Both the position numbers and the translations under genes were made by a program. From Alphaproteobacteria bacterium (GTDB taxonomy: Bacteria > Pseudomonadota > Alphaproteobacteria > Puniceispirillales > Puniceispirillaceae): a stretch of 64,000 nucleotides of DNA. The notes beneath the pieces were generated by a model. That model was given only the letters and a program-made list of their open reading frames with translations, made no database searches and had not been told where the DNA came from. Location: assembly GCA_011524995.1 (NCBI GenBank), contig WTJA01000028.1, positions 15,453-79,452 on the forward strand, read 5' to 3'. Below are positions 19,984 through 31,988 of the stretch, piece after piece. Position 1 is the first letter of the stretch, and every line of letters begins with the position of its first letter.

Positions 19984-20760
19984 ATGTCAGGTTTGACCGA
20001 TACTGAAATTGAACGATATGCGAGGCAGTTAATTCTGCCAGAGATTGGTGATGACGGCCAAGACGCCTTGCGAAAGACACGCCTTTGTATCATCGGCGCA
20101 GGTGGTCTTGGTGTACCAGCTGCTTTATTGGCCGCAGCGGCTGGCTTTGGACAGCTCACAATCATCGATGATGACATCATAGATGCCACCAATCTTAATC
20201 GGCAATTTATCTATCAGCCAGACCAGATAGGCATGGCGAAGTCTGAGGCTCTTGCTGGCTTTGCTGCTGCGCAAAACCCGCATATCACAGTGACGTCATA
20301 CCCCCATTATTGTGATGAGGCGCGCGCAGGTGAGCTTGCGGCAACGCATGATATCATCATTGATGCGAGCGATAATATCGAAACAAGACAGCGTTTAAAC
20401 AAAGCCTGTCTTCGCTCTCACACGCCTTTGATATTTGTCGGGGCTATTCGGTTTGAAGGCCAGTTAATGGTGATCGCCCCGCATCTATCCGACAAAGGGG
20501 AAAGTGCCTGTTTTTCTTGCGTCTTTCCCTCTGGTCCTGATGCTGCGCAGGCGCCTAATTGTGCCACAGTTGGCATCGCTGGGCCGATTACCACCATTAT
20601 GGGCGGCAAGGCCGTCTTAGAGGCGATGAAATGTGCGATTGGCTCACCGGCCTTATTGCTAGATCACTTGCTTTTATTTGATGGGCTTCACTATGACGCG
20701 ACACTTATCCGCACAAAAAAACAGGCAGAATGCCCTGCCTGTTCTAAGATACCCTTTTAG
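19984..20760 (+). CDS. ThiF/MoeB/HesA-family adenylyltransferase (MoeB-like)
   Basis: It has ERYARQLILPEIGDDGQ, the nucleotide loop IIGAGGLG, DATNLNRQ, and two CxxC pairs (CFSC and CPAC). Confidence 0.8.
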   Translation: MSGLTDTEIERYARQLILPEIGDDGQDALRKTRLCIIGAGGLGVPAALLAAAAGFGQLTIIDDDIIDATNLNRQFIYQPDQIGMAKSEALAGFAAAQNPHITVTSYPHYCDEARAGELAATHDIIIDASDNIETRQRLNKACLRSHTPLIFVGAIRFEGQLMVIAPHLSDKGESACFSCVFPSGPDAAQAPNCATVGIAGPITTIMGGKAVLEAMKCAIGSPALLLDHLLLFDGLHYDATLIRTKKQAECPACSKIPF

Positions 20761-20768
20761 CTTTACGC

Positions 20769-21755
20769 TTACAACATCGCTTCGACAACACGATCCGGCG
20801 GGGTATGCCCATCAATAAAGGTTTGGATATTAATGATAACTTTTTGTCCCATATCCTGACGGCCTTCAATCGTAGCTGACCCAATATGTGGCAAGAGTAC
20901 GGTGTTTTTTAATTTGCGTAACGCATCAGGGATATGCGGCTCATCGGCATAAACATCAAGCCCAGCACCTGCAATTCCATTATTTGACAGCAAATCAATC
21001 AGCGCTGCCTCATCAATCACATCGCCGCGCGAGGTATTAACCAAATAGGCATGCGGCTGCAGCAGCGATAAACGCTCACGCGATAACAAGCCTTGCGTTT
21101 GCGGTGTAGACGGACAATTCACAGAGACGATATCCATGCGTGGCAGCATTTGATCAAGCGACTCCCAATAGGTGGCCTCAAGCTCTGCTTCTAATTCAGG
21201 ATGAACCGGTTTCCGGTTGTGATAATGGATAGACATGCCAAAGCCACGTGCACGGCGCGCCACAGCCTCACCAATATCGCCCATCCCCACGATCCCAAGG
21301 CGCTTGCCATTAATACGGCGACCGAGCATCCCCGTTGGTGACCAGCCTTTCCACTGACCAGACCGCGCCCGCACATCACCTTCGGCAATACGGCGCGGCA
21401 CCGCCAAAATCAAAGACATCACCACATCAGCGGTATCTTCCGTCAACACTCCAGGGGTGTTGGTCACAGTGATACCCTTCTCTTTTGCAGCTTTCAGGTC
21501 GATATGATCAACCCCGACCCCAAAAGAGGCGATTAACTTCAATTGCGGGCCTGCCTCGGCGATAATCTCGGCTGAAATCTCATCAGTCACGGTTGGCACC
21601 AATACATCAGCTTTTTTCACCGCATCGATTAATTGTTCTTTGGTGAAAGCCTCATCTGTTTCATTCAATTGCGCGTTAAAAAGCTCACGCATTCTTGTTT
21701 CAACGGAATCAGGAAGCTGCCTGGTCAGAATGATTTTTGGTTTCATCTTGATCAA
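20769..21755 (-). CDS. D-isomer-specific 2-hydroxyacid dehydrogenase (glyoxylate/hydroxypyruvate reductase-like)
   Basis: It has the NAD loop GIVGMGDIG, plus LVNTSRG and HIGSAT. The start is ambiguous between the TTG at 21755 and the ATG at 21746. Confidence 0.85.
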   Translation of the reverse strand: MIKMKPKIILTRQLPDSVETRMRELFNAQLNETDEAFTKEQLIDAVKKADVLVPTVTDEISAEIIAEAGPQLKLIASFGVGVDHIDLKAAKEKGITVTNTPGVLTEDTADVVMSLILAVPRRIAEGDVRARSGQWKGWSPTGMLGRRINGKRLGIVGMGDIGEAVARRARGFGMSIHYHNRKPVHPELEAELEATYWESLDQMLPRMDIVSVNCPSTPQTQGLLSRERLSLLQPHAYLVNTSRGDVIDEAALIDLLSNNGIAGAGLDVYADEPHIPDALRKLKNTVLLPHIGSATIEGRQDMGQKVIINIQTFIDGHTPPDRVVEAML

Positions 21756-21872
21756 AAGTCTCCTTGGCTGATGAATTAGCCTCGCATGATTGTAAAAAAT
21801 ACCCTAATATCTAAACAGGAAAAGGTCTATTTTTTTGTTGCTCTTATGCTAGTTATCCGCTTTTTTAATGCC

Positions 21873-22430
21873 ATGGATTTTCGTCTGTCACATCGATTGA
21901 ATACTATCGTGCTAACCCATCTGGGATTTGGTCTTCTTTTTGTGATGGCGAGCCTGTTAAGCCCCCCTCTCACCTCATCAGCATATGCGCAAGAAGCCAA
22001 GCTTGTTGTGCAAGGCTCTGGCTTGCCTGTGCCACGGTTTGTGACACTCAAATCTGATGAAGTGAATATGCGCGTCGGCCCTGGTAGAGAATATCCCAAA
22101 TCATGGGTCTATCGCCGCAAAGGCTTGCCTTTGAAGGTGATTGCTGAATTTGATGTTTGGCGCAAAGTCATTGATCATGAAAACACCACAGGATGGGTGC
22201 ATAGCCAGCTTGTGACCTTAAAGCGAAATGCCCTCATCGTGAACAGGCTAACAAAGCTCCATGCCAAAGCTGATGAGACAAGCCCTGTGCTTGCTGTGGC
22301 AGAGAAAGGCGTTCTTCTAGAATTACAATTATGTGACGCAAGCTGGTGCCGTGTGGCCAGCGATGATGTTCGTGCGTTTGTCAGACGAGATGATATCTGG
22401 GGCATTCTCGACACTGAAACGCTTGATTAA
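21873..22430 (+). CDS. Exported SH3-like domain protein (DUF1058 type)
   Basis: It has a signal peptide ending SSAYAQEA, then LPVPRFVTLKSDEVNMRVGPGREYPKSWVYRRKGLPLKVIAEFDVWRKV..GWVH, typical of alphaproteobacterial bacterial-SH3 proteins. The start is uncertain; the track gives 21786. Confidence 0.65.
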   Translation: MDFRLSHRLNTIVLTHLGFGLLFVMASLLSPPLTSSAYAQEAKLVVQGSGLPVPRFVTLKSDEVNMRVGPGREYPKSWVYRRKGLPLKVIAEFDVWRKVIDHENTTGWVHSQLVTLKRNALIVNRLTKLHAKADETSPVLAVAEKGVLLELQLCDASWCRVASDDVRAFVRRDDIWGILDTETLD

Positions 22431-22502
22431 CTGAGATAGTGAAAGGCCTGATGGCCCTATCGTAATCCCTCTTTAAATTGGATTTATGTGAAAAAGGTAG
22501 AG

Positions 22503-23024
22503 ATGATGACACATACACCACAAAGCTCTTATAGCTATGATGATTTGATTTCTTGCGCTAAGGGCGAGATGTTTGGCAAAGGTAATCCGCAATTACCGAT
22601 GCCACCGATGCTGATGTGTGATCGTATCACATCAATCGCTGATACAGGCGGATCCTTTGACAAAGGTCATATCAAAGCTGAATTTGATATTCATCCGGAC
22701 CTGTGGTTCTTCCCTTGTCATTTTGAAGGCGACCCTGTGATGCCAGGCTGTCTTGGTATGGATGCGTTGTGGCAGCTAGTTGGCTTTTACCTCGGCTGGG
22801 CAGGCGGCAAAGGCCGCGGGCGTGCGCTTTCAGTTGGTGAAGTGAAATTCACCGGTCAGATCCTCCCAAGCGCGAAGCTTGTTACATTCGAACTTGATAT
22901 GAAGCGCGTCATTATGCGCCGCTTAGTCATGGGTATCGCAGATGGCCGTGTCCTATGTGATGGAGAGGTTGTATTTGAAGCCAACGATATTCGTGTTGGC
23001 CTATTTGGTGCAGAAGGAGCATAG
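22503..23024 (+). CDS. fabA: 3-hydroxydecanoyl-ACP dehydratase/isomerase
   Basis: It is near-colinear with E. coli FabA: [48 protein letters not shown] and [12 protein letters not shown] lies upstream of the ATG at 22503. Confidence 0.95.
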   Translation: MMTHTPQSSYSYDDLISCAKGEMFGKGNPQLPMPPMLMCDRITSIADTGGSFDKGHIKAEFDIHPDLWFFPCHFEGDPVMPGCLGMDALWQLVGFYLGWAGGKGRGRALSVGEVKFTGQILPSAKLVTFELDMKRVIMRRLVMGIADGRVLCDGEVVFEANDIRVGLFGAEGA

Positions 23025-23029
23025 GTCAG

Positions 23030-24268
23030 ATGAGACGCGTCGTCATTACAGGCTTGGGGATCGTATCCTCTATCGGAAATAACGCTGAAGAGGTCACAGA
23101 ATCTCTTCGCACAGGGCGCTCTGGCATCGTTGCCGCACCTGATTATGCTGAATTAGGGTTCCGCTCACAGGTCAAAGGGTCTGTGAAGATGGATGTGAGC
23201 GAACATGTCGATCGCAAGCAATTGCGTTTCATGGGGGAAGGCGCCGCCTATGCCGTCTTAGCGATGGAACAAGCTGTGGCGGATGCGGGCTTGGAAGAGA
23301 GCGATGTCTCAAACCCACGCACCGGCCTCATCGCCGGATCTGGTGGTCCTTCAACAGCGAATATGTTGACAGCGTTTGATACAACACGCGAAAAAGGCCC
23401 AAAGCGGGTTGGCCCTTATATGGTGCCGCGCTGTATGTCATCAACCGTCTCAGCCTGTATCGCCACATTCTTCAAAATCAAAGGCGTGAATTATTCTATT
23501 TCATCTGCCTGTTCGACCTCAGCCCATTGTATCTCTGCTGGTGCTGATGCGATTCGTTATGGCATGCAAGATATTGTATTTGCTGGTGGTGGTGAAGAAC
23601 TCCATTGGACATTATCGGTGCTCTTTGATGCGATGGGTGCCATGTCATCAAATTATAACGACACACCAGAGAAGGCATCGCGTGCCTATGATGCCAATCG
23701 TGATGGCTTTGTGATCGCAGGCGGCGGCGGCATGTTGGTGCTTGAAGATTATGAGCATGCCAAAGCACGTGGTGCCAAAATCTATGCGGAAATCGTTGGC
23801 TATGGCGCTAACTCAGACGGCCATGACATGGTTGCCCCATCAGGTGAAGGCGCTGTGCGTTGTATGGAACTTGCGCTTGCTGGCTTTGATGGCACAGGCC
23901 TCACCCATCCTGTCAACTACATCAACGCGCATGGCACATCGACACCTGTAGGTGACATCAAAGAATTGGAAGCTGTCAAAACAGTCTTTACTGACAAGCA
24001 AGACCTTCCGATCGTGACCTCAACAAAGTCATTAACAGGCCATTCCCTTGGCGCCACAGGCGTGCAGGAAGCCATCTATACCTTGTTGATGATGAAAGAT
24101 AATTTCATCGCTGGGTCTGCGAATATTGAAACGCCTGATGAAGCGATTGGGGACATCCATATCCCAACAACACGCCTTGATGGTCAGGATATTCAGCTCG
24201 CTTTGTCCAACAGCTTTGGCTTTGGCGGCACGAATGCCTGCTTGGCGCTCGCAAAATGTAATGACTAG
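23030..24268 (+). CDS. fabB: Beta-ketoacyl-ACP synthase I
   Basis: The N-terminus is [18 protein letters not shown], the active-site context is SSACSTSAH, and HGTSTP and GHSLGA are present. It lies directly after fabA. Confidence 0.94.
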   Translation: MRRVVITGLGIVSSIGNNAEEVTESLRTGRSGIVAAPDYAELGFRSQVKGSVKMDVSEHVDRKQLRFMGEGAAYAVLAMEQAVADAGLEESDVSNPRTGLIAGSGGPSTANMLTAFDTTREKGPKRVGPYMVPRCMSSTVSACIATFFKIKGVNYSISSACSTSAHCISAGADAIRYGMQDIVFAGGGEELHWTLSVLFDAMGAMSSNYNDTPEKASRAYDANRDGFVIAGGGGMLVLEDYEHAKARGAKIYAEIVGYGANSDGHDMVAPSGEGAVRCMELALAGFDGTGLTHPVNYINAHGTSTPVGDIKELEAVKTVFTDKQDLPIVTSTKSLTGHSLGATGVQEAIYTLLMMKDNFIAGSANIETPDEAIGDIHIPTTRLDGQDIQLALSNSFGFGGTNACLALAKCND

Positions 24269-24298
24269 CCTCGCATCAGCAGGATAAGGAATAGGATC

Positions 24299-25081
24299 AT
24301 GGGATTATTGGCAGGAAAAAAAGGCCTCATTATGGGGGTCGCAAATGAGCGATCAGCCGCATGGGGCATTGCCAAAGCCGCAGCAGAGGCAGGCGCTGAG
24401 CTAGCTTATAGCTATCAAGGGGCAGGGCTGAAAAGCCGTGTCGAAGGCCTAGCTGAGCAGACAGGCTCGTCGCTTATCTTTGAATGCGATGCCAGCACTG
24501 ACACCGGCGTCACGGACTGTTTTGCAGCACTGCGTGAAAGCTGGCAGGAGCTAGATTTCGTGGTTCATGCCATCGCCTTTTCAGATAAATCTGAATTAAA
24601 AGGCGCCTATGCTGACACAAGCCGGGCAAATTTTGCGCAAACCATGCGCATCTCTTGTTATTCTTTCACCGAAGTTGCCCAGCAAGCTGCGGCTATGATG
24701 CCACAAGGCGGCGCGTTGCTCACCCTCTCCTATTTGGGGGGTGTGCGGATCACACCAAATTATAATGTGATGGGCGTTGCCAAAGCCGGGCTAGAGGCCT
24801 CCGTACGCTATTTGGCTGTTGATCTTGGCGGCCAGAATATCCGCGTCAATGGGCTATCAGCGGGCCCGATGCGCACCCTATCTGGGGCGGCGATTACAGG
24901 TGCCCGTCATATCTTCCGTCATTCAGAGGAAAATGCCCCCTTAGGGCGGAACCCTGACATTGATGAGGTTGGGCGCTCTGCTTTATATTTGCTCAGTGAC
25001 CTGTCATCAGGGGTGACAGGGGAAATCCATTATTGTGATGGTGGATATCATCATGTGGGTGTGCCACGTGAAAGCGAATAA
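24299..25081 (+). CDS. fabI: Enoyl-ACP reductase (NADH)
   Basis: It has GKKGLIMGVANERSAAWGIA, YNVMGVAKAGLEA and NGLSAGPMRTL. Confidence 0.94.
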   Translation: MGLLAGKKGLIMGVANERSAAWGIAKAAAEAGAELAYSYQGAGLKSRVEGLAEQTGSSLIFECDASTDTGVTDCFAALRESWQELDFVVHAIAFSDKSELKGAYADTSRANFAQTMRISCYSFTEVAQQAAAMMPQGGALLTLSYLGGVRITPNYNVMGVAKAGLEASVRYLAVDLGGQNIRVNGLSAGPMRTLSGAAITGARHIFRHSEENAPLGRNPDIDEVGRSALYLLSDLSSGVTGEIHYCDGGYHHVGVPRESE

Positions 25082-25102
25082 CAAGCGGCACCACCGCAAA
25101 AG

Positions 25103-25130
25103 AAAAGCCCCCAATTGGGGGCTTTTTTTA
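25103..25130. terminator. Bidirectional rho-independent terminator between convergent fabI and pnp
   Basis: AGCCCCC-AATT-GGGGGCT forms the hairpin, flanked by AAAA on the left and TTTTTTT on the right. Confidence 0.75.
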
Positions 25131-25148
25131 TAGATACGATACTAAAGC

Positions 25149-27257
25149 TTACTCAGCGTTTGCTTCGAGGTCTTCACCTGTTTCTTGGTTCACACGCTTC
25201 ATTGATAGCTTCACTTTGCCTCTATCATCAAAGCCAATGACCTTGACCTTGACCATATCGCCTTCATTACAGACATCTGTGGTCTTTTCCACACGGCCTT
25301 CCATCATCTCAGAGATATGAACAAGCCCGTCTTTTGGACCAAGGAAGTTGACGAATGCACCGAAATCAACAGTCTTGACCACTTTACCGTCATAAATGAC
25401 ACCAAGCTCTGGCTCAGCAACGATAGAGCGGATCTTGTTATAAGCGGCATCTGATGATGATTGTGATACAGCTGCAATCTTGACTGTACCATCATCTTCG
25501 ATATCGATTTTCGCGCCTGTCTCTTCACAGATTTCACGGATGATTTTGCCGCCTGGGCCAATAATGTCACGGATCTTATCAACAGGGATAGAGATGGTTG
25601 TGATCTTTGGTGCTGATTCAGCAAGCGCATCACGTGCCGAGGTGAGGGCCTTTGCCATTTCACCCAAGATATGCAAACGGCCACCTTTGGCTTGCTCAAG
25701 CGCGATTTGCATAATTTCAGCTGTGATAGATGTGATTTTAATATCCATCTGAAGTGATGTAATACCGCTCTCTGAGCCGGCAACTTTAAAGTCCATATCA
25801 CCTAAGTGATCTTCATCACCTAGAATATCAGATAGAACCGCAAACTCATCACCTTCTTTGATAAGACCCATCGCGATACCCGCAACAGGGCGCTGCAATG
25901 GCACACCCGCATCCATCAATGCCAATGACGTACCACAAACAGTTGCCATTGATGATGACCCGTTTGATTCGGTTACTTCAGAGACCACACGCATTGTGTA
26001 TGGGAATTCATCTTTGCTTGGTAGTAGCGGGTTAATCGCACGCCACGCCAATTTACCATGACCGATTTCACGGCGACCTGGTGAGCCAACACGGCCTGCT
26101 TCACCCACTGAGAATGGTGGGAAGTTATAGTGAAGCATAAAGCGTGAACGATATTCGCCATCAAGCGCATCAACGATTTGCTCATCCTGGCCTGTGCCCA
26201 AAGTGGCAACCGCAAGCGCCTGTGTTTCACCACGTGTGAAAAGGGCTGAACCATGTGTACGAGGCAACATGCCCACTTCTGAGACGATAGGGCGCACAGT
26301 TGATGTGTCACGACCATCGATACGCTTGCCTGTCTTCAAGATAGAAGAGCGGACTACATCAGCTTCAAGTTCTTTCATCAATGATGAGACAAGAACTGAA
26401 TCGGCATCTTCACCGGCAAGCTCTTTAGCCTTGGCACGGATATCACCGATTGCGGCTTGACGCTCAGTCTTATCAGCGATCGCGTAGGCTGATTCTACAT
26501 CACCACGCAATGATGATAATGTGTCACGCAAGCCAGCGGCCTCTGGGGCTTCTTCTGGCAAGTCACGTGGGTCTTTGGCACAAGCTTCTGCCAATTCAAT
26601 GATGGCGTCAATCGCAGCTTGCATATGCTCATGACCGAAATTCACGGCGCCTAGCATAACATCTTCTGACAATTCTTTGGCTTCTGATTCAACCATCAAC
26701 ACGCCTTCGGCTGTACCAGCGACCACAAGGTCCATCTGTGACTCAGCCATATCAGCCAATGTTGGGTTCAACATATAGTCGCCATCCTTATAGCCCACAC
26801 GTGCCGCAGCAATCGGACCAAAGAAAGGCACACCTGAGATAGTCAAAGCCGCTGATGCGCCGATCATAGCAACGATATCAGGGTTGTTTTCCATATCATG
26901 TGACATCACAGTACAGATAACTTGTGTTTCGCACTTAAATTCCTTTGGGAATAGCGGGCGGATTGGGCGGTCAATCAAACGGCTGACCAATGTTTCATTT
27001 TCCGATGGACGGCCTTCACGCTTAAAGAAACCACCTGGAATCTTACCGGCTGCGAACGCTTTTTCTTGGTAGTTCACTGTCAAAGGGAAGAAATCTTGAC
27101 CAGGCTTGGCTGCCTTTGCGGCAACCGCTGTACATAATACGGATGTCTCGCCCATTGTTGCGAGAACAGCGCCATCTGCCTGACGGGCAATTTTACCTGT
27201 TTCTAAGACAAGTTTCCGGCCGCCCCAGTCGATTTCTTTACGATAAATTTGGAACAT
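25149..27257 (-). CDS. pnp: Polyribonucleotide nucleotidyltransferase (PNPase)
   Basis: 702 aa with two RNase PH domains, a KH domain ([11 protein letters not shown]) and an S1 domain ([13 protein letters not shown]). Confidence 0.97.
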   Translation of the reverse strand: MFQIYRKEIDWGGRKLVLETGKIARQADGAVLATMGETSVLCTAVAAKAAKPGQDFFPLTVNYQEKAFAAGKIPGGFFKREGRPSENETLVSRLIDRPIRPLFPKEFKCETQVICTVMSHDMENNPDIVAMIGASAALTISGVPFFGPIAAARVGYKDGDYMLNPTLADMAESQMDLVVAGTAEGVLMVESEAKELSEDVMLGAVNFGHEHMQAAIDAIIELAEACAKDPRDLPEEAPEAAGLRDTLSSLRGDVESAYAIADKTERQAAIGDIRAKAKELAGEDADSVLVSSLMKELEADVVRSSILKTGKRIDGRDTSTVRPIVSEVGMLPRTHGSALFTRGETQALAVATLGTGQDEQIVDALDGEYRSRFMLHYNFPPFSVGEAGRVGSPGRREIGHGKLAWRAINPLLPSKDEFPYTMRVVSEVTESNGSSSMATVCGTSLALMDAGVPLQRPVAGIAMGLIKEGDEFAVLSDILGDEDHLGDMDFKVAGSESGITSLQMDIKITSITAEIMQIALEQAKGGRLHILGEMAKALTSARDALAESAPKITTISIPVDKIRDIIGPGGKIIREICEETGAKIDIEDDGTVKIAAVSQSSSDAAYNKIRSIVAEPELGVIYDGKVVKTVDFGAFVNFLGPKDGLVHISEMMEGRVEKTTDVCNEGDMVKVKVIGFDDRGKVKLSMKRVNQETGEDLEANAE

Positions 27258-27559
27258 TCTTACTTCCTTTTAAAGGAGGCTCTTCTATGACTATCATTAT
27301 CAGATTTGGTATCATGCCAGTGCCGCCCCTGCGTAAAGCCAAATGGGCGGGCAACACACATCATTGATGCGTTATTACGAACTCTGTCATGTTGTTTGGA
27401 GAGTATGCCATAAGGCCTGATGCCTTAGGTCTTTTGCTAGCTTGTTGCGCTAGCCCCGTCACTCCAACCACCCCCGATAGGCAGTCGCCACCTCTTTTTT
27501 GTTAATCTTTACGCTTGCCCCCTTGTATCACCATTTCAGGGCGCTGTGCAAGCGCGATC
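27258..27559 (-). promoter_or_regulatory. Long (about 300 nt) pnp 5' leader containing several short hairpins
   Basis: It is a non-coding spacer between the rpsO terminator and the pnp ATG. Hairpins include TAAGGC/GCCTTA (about 27411-27427), GCTAGC/GCTAGC (about 27436-27454) and GCGCT/AGCGC (27541-27555). The SD AAGGAAG lies before the ATG. Confidence 0.4.
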
Positions 27560-27596
27560 AAAAAAGCCTACTAGCAAGAGGCTAGTAGGCTTTTTA
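27560..27596 (-). terminator. rpsO terminator / rpsO-pnp attenuator hairpin
   Basis: A perfect 10-bp stem GCCTACTAGC / GCTAGTAGGC with a 5-nt loop is flanked by an A-run and a T-run, about 25 nt after the rpsO stop. Confidence 0.7.
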
Positions 27597-27617
27597 TCTG
27601 GTATGACAAAGCTGTGA

Positions 27618-27887
27618 TTAGCGGCGCAAACCTAGCTTTTCAATCAAGGCCTTATATTTGCCTTCATCACCACGCTTGATGTAATCAAGCAAGTGACGGC
27701 GCTGACCAACCATTGTCAAAAGACCACGGCGTGAACCAAAATCTTTCTTATGTGTCTTCATATGTTCTGTTAGATTGCGGATGCGCTCTGTGAGGATAGC
27801 AACCTGAACTGAAGCAGAACCTGAATCTTGTGCATTGGCGCCGAATTCAGCAATTAATTCAGCTTTTTTCTCTTTTGTTATCGACAT
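27618..27887 (-). CDS. rpsO: 30S ribosomal protein S15
   Basis: 89 aa with [12 protein letters not shown]...[34 protein letters not shown]. Confidence 0.97.
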   Translation of the reverse strand: MSITKEKKAELIAEFGANAQDSGSASVQVAILTERIRNLTEHMKTHKKDFGSRRGLLTMVGQRRHLLDYIKRGDEGKYKALIEKLGLRR

Positions 27888-27901
27888 CGTCTTCTCCTTT
27901 A

Positions 27902-28804
27902 TTAGCAGTTAAAGACCCGTACAGATTTCACCCCCTCTTCGGTTGCCTCAACTAAGGCAACTAAGGTGCCATCACATAACGCTTTATAAAGATGCGTCTT
28001 GGATAGCGCCGGGCGGGGTGGCAATCGCTGACCAAATCGCAGCTTTTGCGCCTCTACGGTTGTTATGGGCAGAGCCGGGATGTCGTCCAGCGCTGTCACA
28101 ACAGGTATCACATAAGGTGATGCGGCGGCACTATGGCCTAATTCTTGTAAAAAATCCAGAGAAATTGCATTTTCTTGTGTAAATTGGCCCACAGCTGTCC
28201 GCCTGAGATGGGAGACATGCGCCACTGTCCCTAGCGCTGTGGCTATATCACGTGCCAGAGACCGGATATAAGTCCCCTTACCGCAACTTGTCACAAAACA
28301 GGCATCCTCATTTGTATGAGCCGTCAGTGCAAGGCGATGTATCATGATATCACGCGCCGCAAGCACAATTTCATCTGTGCCTTGGCGGGCTAAATCATAG
28401 GCGCGCTTTCCGTCTATTTTAATCGCTGAATAGGCGGGCGGAATTTGTGATATTTGGCCGGTAAATTGGGGCAAGATAGCAGTGATGGCATCCGCATCTG
28501 GACGCGTATCAGAGGTGGCAATCACCTCACCTTCGGCATCATCCGTGCTTGTTTGCTCGCCCCATTTTGCCGTAAATTCATAGGTTTTCTGCGCATCCAT
28601 GACATAGGCGACTGTTTTGGTTGCCTCCCCTAAGGCGATAGGCAAAATACCACTCGCCAACGGGTCAAGCGTGCCGCCATGACCGACCTTAATCCCCCCA
28701 AAGACACGCCTTACAATCGCGACAACTGCCGCAGAGCTCATACCAAGCGGTTTATCAATGGCTAACCAGCCATGTATGTCGGAGGGTTTATTACGTCTTG
28801 GCAT
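27902..28804 (-). CDS. truB: tRNA pseudouridine-55 synthase
   Basis: It has [14 protein letters not shown] and the catalytic [13 protein letters not shown] place the start at the ATG at 28804. Confidence 0.92.
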   Translation of the reverse strand: MPRRNKPSDIHGWLAIDKPLGMSSAAVVAIVRRVFGGIKVGHGGTLDPLASGILPIALGEATKTVAYVMDAQKTYEFTAKWGEQTSTDDAEGEVIATSDTRPDADAITAILPQFTGQISQIPPAYSAIKIDGKRAYDLARQGTDEIVLAARDIMIHRLALTAHTNEDACFVTSCGKGTYIRSLARDIATALGTVAHVSHLRRTAVGQFTQENAISLDFLQELGHSAAASPYVIPVVTALDDIPALPITTVEAQKLRFGQRLPPRPALSKTHLYKALCDGTLVALVEATEEGVKSVRVFNC

Positions 28805-28836
28805 AGTGATGCACCATAACAACGCAAAAGGGCAGG

Positions 28837-29265
28837 CTAGGCCTCCTCAGCGTGGCCATCTTCTTCGGCATCATCAGCTGAGGCAGCTGGTGGCAATTGA
28901 TTGATCAGCTCAGACATTTTCTGGGCATTATCAAATGAGGTATCAGCCATAAATTTCAAACGAGGCATACGACGCAAATGCACTTTGCTGGCGACCCATG
29001 TTTGCAAATCAGGTGCAATCACATTCAGCACAGATACGATAAAGTCAGCATCAACACCGCCAAGAGGCGTCACATAGGCACGCGCATTTGACATATCAGG
29101 GCTAACAGAGACCTCTGAGACCGTAATAGATACCCCGTCCAATTCTGGCACATAGATGTCACCACGCATAAGCGCCAAAGAGAGCTGGTGGCGAATTTCT
29201 TCACCCACACGCAATTGTCTTTGGCTTGGCGCCTTTGAGGAAACAGCTTTTGACTTACGGCTCAT
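28837..29265 (-). CDS. rbfA: Ribosome-binding factor A
   Basis: It has QRQLRVGEEIRHQLS and the conserved LRRMPRLKF, and sits between infB and truB. Confidence 0.92.
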   Translation of the reverse strand: MSRKSKAVSSKAPSQRQLRVGEEIRHQLSLALMRGDIYVPELDGVSITVSEVSVSPDMSNARAYVTPLGGVDADFIVSVLNVIAPDLQTWVASKVHLRRMPRLKFMADTSFDNAQKMSELINQLPPAASADDAEEDGHAEEA

Positions 29266-29317
29266 TAACAGACCTTATGCGACGACGTGCCAGGGGACCT
29301 CACTCGTACGGTGAGGC

Positions 29318-31918
29318 TTAATCCAAGGTACGTGCAATCTCTTTCAATTCGAAACATTCAATGACATCACCTTCTTGGATATCTGAATAATTTTCGAATG
29401 CCATACCACATTCAAAGCCATCCTTGACCTCTTTCACTTCATCTTTGAAGCGTTTGAGTGTCTTCAGGCTACCTTCATGGATCACGACATTGTCACGCAA
29501 CAAACGGACCTTACAGCCACGCTTAATGACACCTTCTGTGACGTAACAACCGGCAATCTTACCCACCTTAGATACCGAGAAGACCTGACGGATTTCAGCA
29601 TAGCCGATAAATTCTTCTTGTGTATCTGGGCTGAGAAGGCCACCCATCGCTGCTTTCACATCATCAATGAGTTCATAAATGATAGAGTGATAACGAATTT
29701 CTACGCCATCACGCTTGGCCAAATCACGCGCTTGCGGAATCGCACGCACATTAAAGCCCATGACCAACGCATTTGATGCGGCTGCCAGTGAGATATCAGA
29801 TTCTGACAAGGCGCCAACACCACCTGTGAGGAAGCGGACTTTCACCTGATCTGTGCCCAAATTCTCTAATGCGACTTTAATCGCTTCTAGTGAGCCATGC
29901 ACATCTGTCTTAATCACCACTGGCAATTCAGCAGCTTCCCCTGCGGCAATCGCAGAGAGCATCTGCTCCACTGAGCCTCTGGCTGAGACAACCGCTTCTT
30001 TTTCACGGATAACACGGCGACGATATTCCGCGATTTCACGGGCACGTGCTTCACTTTCAACAACGGTGAAATTATCACCAGCCATCGGTGTGCCGTTCAA
30101 GCCCAAAATCTCAACAGGCTGGCTCGGTGTCGCGATCTTTTGCTGTTCACCACGCTCATTCAACATCGCTCTGACACGACCTGATTCAGCACCAACCACA
30201 AAAATATCACCAACGGCCAAAGTTCCGCGCTGGACAAGGACAGTCGCAACCGAACCACGGCCACGCTCGACCTTGGCTTCGATCACAGTGCCTTCTGCCG
30301 CACGATCCGGGTTGGCTTTCAATTCCAGCAATTCAGCTTGGAGCATGATAGCTTCTTCAAGCCTATCGAGTCCTTCCCCAGTATGTGCTGAGACATTCAC
30401 CGCCAAGATTTCACCACCGAAATCTTCGGTAATAATTTCATGCTGCAACAAATCAGAGCGAACACGTGACGGGTCAGCGCCTGGCTTATCACATTTATTA
30501 ACCGCTACGATAATTGGACAGCCTGCTGCCTTGGCGTGATTAATCGCCTCAATGGTTTGTTCTTTCACCGAATCATCAGCTGCGACTACAAGGATAACAA
30601 TATCAGTGGTATTGGCCCCACGAAGGCGCATCTCTGTAAAGGCAGCGTGACCTGGTGTATCAATGAAGGTGATTGTGTTCTTCGCAGCTGTTTGGATCTG
30701 ATAGGCACCAATATGCTGTGTAATCCCACCTGATTCACCACCGGCAACATCTGTTTTGCGGATGGCATCAAGCAAGCTTGTTTTCCCGTGGTCAACATGG
30801 CCCATCACTGTCACAACCGGAGGGCGGCCCTTCAAGCTGTCTTCGCTATCCACATCACCGCCAAGACCATCTTCAATATCTGAATCAGATACACGGACGA
30901 CCTTATGACCAAATTCCATTGTCACAAGCTCAGCTGTCTCAGCATCAATGCTTTGAGTCACTGTGGCCATAATGCCGAGCTTCATTAGTTCTTTCACCAC
31001 ATCAGCGGCTTTTTCTGCCATCCGGTTGGCAAGCTCTTGCACTGTGATCGTATCTGGGATGGTGACATCGCGTGTTTGTTTTACCGCTGGTTGCGCCTCT
31101 TCGCGCATGCGTGCCTTTTCGCGCTGGCGACGAACAGACGCTAATGAGCGCTGACGACCACCTTCACCATCAGACAAAGCCTGTGAAATGGTCATCTTAC
31201 CAGATTGACGACGAGCCGGCCCTTCACGACGCGCAGCTGGCTGGCGACGATTTGTGTCTGCTTCTTCAGCACGGCGACGGCCCCCTTGCGGACGAGACGC
31301 GGCATCTTCAACAGGCGCATTTGGTTGCGCAAAGCGATCTGATGCTGGTGCTGGTTTTTGTTGGCGCTGCTTTTGATCTTCAACAGCCTGACGACGTGCC
31401 GCATTCTCGGCAGTGCGTTTGGCTTTCTCTTCAGCTTTGCGTGTTTGCGCAATTTTTTCAATTTCTTGAAGCTCTGCCAATTCGGCGCGGCGGCGCGCTT
31501 CTCTTGGATCAAGTGGGGCGTCTTCCACAATAGGAGCCGCCTCTTCAGCCGCAGCCTCGCTCGGCGCATCGGCAGCCGCTTCAGCTTCGGCTTCGTCTGG
31601 CTTTGTCAGACCTTGCTGCAATACCTGCATGCGCTTGGCGCGCTCAGCAGCTGTTAACTTATCATCTGCCTCAGTTGCGATAACAGGCGCGGCCTCTTCT
31701 TTTGGCTCAACAGCAGGTGTTGGCGCAGGCGCAGCCTTCGCAGCTTGACGAGATGGTGGCACAGGCACTCTTTTGCGACGAACTTCGACTTGAACCGTTT
31801 TAGACCGGCTGCCAGCCCCCCCTTGACGCAATGCATTCGCATCCACATTACCGCCTAGTGATAATGTGCCGCTTCCTGACAAGCTCAGGGTTTTTGTTTT
31901 CTTCTTATCGTCGCTCAT
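29318..31918 (-). CDS. infB: Translation initiation factor IF-2
   Basis: 866 aa with a low-complexity Ala/Glu/Arg-rich N-terminus. The GTPase motifs are [19 protein letters not shown] and NKCD. Confidence 0.97.
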   Translation of the reverse strand: MSDDKKKTKTLSLSGSGTLSLGGNVDANALRQGGAGSRSKTVQVEVRRKRVPVPPSRQAAKAAPAPTPAVEPKEEAAPVIATEADDKLTAAERAKRMQVLQQGLTKPDEAEAEAAADAPSEAAAEEAAPIVEDAPLDPREARRRAELAELQEIEKIAQTRKAEEKAKRTAENAARRQAVEDQKQRQQKPAPASDRFAQPNAPVEDAASRPQGGRRRAEEADTNRRQPAARREGPARRQSGKMTISQALSDGEGGRQRSLASVRRQREKARMREEAQPAVKQTRDVTIPDTITVQELANRMAEKAADVVKELMKLGIMATVTQSIDAETAELVTMEFGHKVVRVSDSDIEDGLGGDVDSEDSLKGRPPVVTVMGHVDHGKTSLLDAIRKTDVAGGESGGITQHIGAYQIQTAAKNTITFIDTPGHAAFTEMRLRGANTTDIVILVVAADDSVKEQTIEAINHAKAAGCPIIVAVNKCDKPGADPSRVRSDLLQHEIITEDFGGEILAVNVSAHTGEGLDRLEEAIMLQAELLELKANPDRAAEGTVIEAKVERGRGSVATVLVQRGTLAVGDIFVVGAESGRVRAMLNERGEQQKIATPSQPVEILGLNGTPMAGDNFTVVESEARAREIAEYRRRVIREKEAVVSARGSVEQMLSAIAAGEAAELPVVIKTDVHGSLEAIKVALENLGTDQVKVRFLTGGVGALSESDISLAAASNALVMGFNVRAIPQARDLAKRDGVEIRYHSIIYELIDDVKAAMGGLLSPDTQEEFIGYAEIRQVFSVSKVGKIAGCYVTEGVIKRGCKVRLLRDNVVIHEGSLKTLKRFKDEVKEVKDGFECGMAFENYSDIQEGDVIECFELKEIARTLD

Positions 31919-31988
31919 ACCCGGCCCTTTCCCGGTTTGGTTAAATTATGTCCTATCATCGGCAACAGGACATCTGACCTATCTTTTT

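Noticed and set aside
29853-31533. Long + strand ORFs antisense to infB (228 aa at 29853..30539 and 153 aa at 31072..31533). Similar antisense or alternate-frame ORFs occur in gyrB (8187..8612), regA (5153..5579), nusA (33836..34499), lnt (37047..37574), pnp (25304..25801) and maeB (56123..56599).
   Set aside because: All lie entirely within confidently identified conserved genes. Their composition is low-complexity Ser/Ala/Arg/Pro-rich, typical of shadow frames, and none has a recognisable domain.
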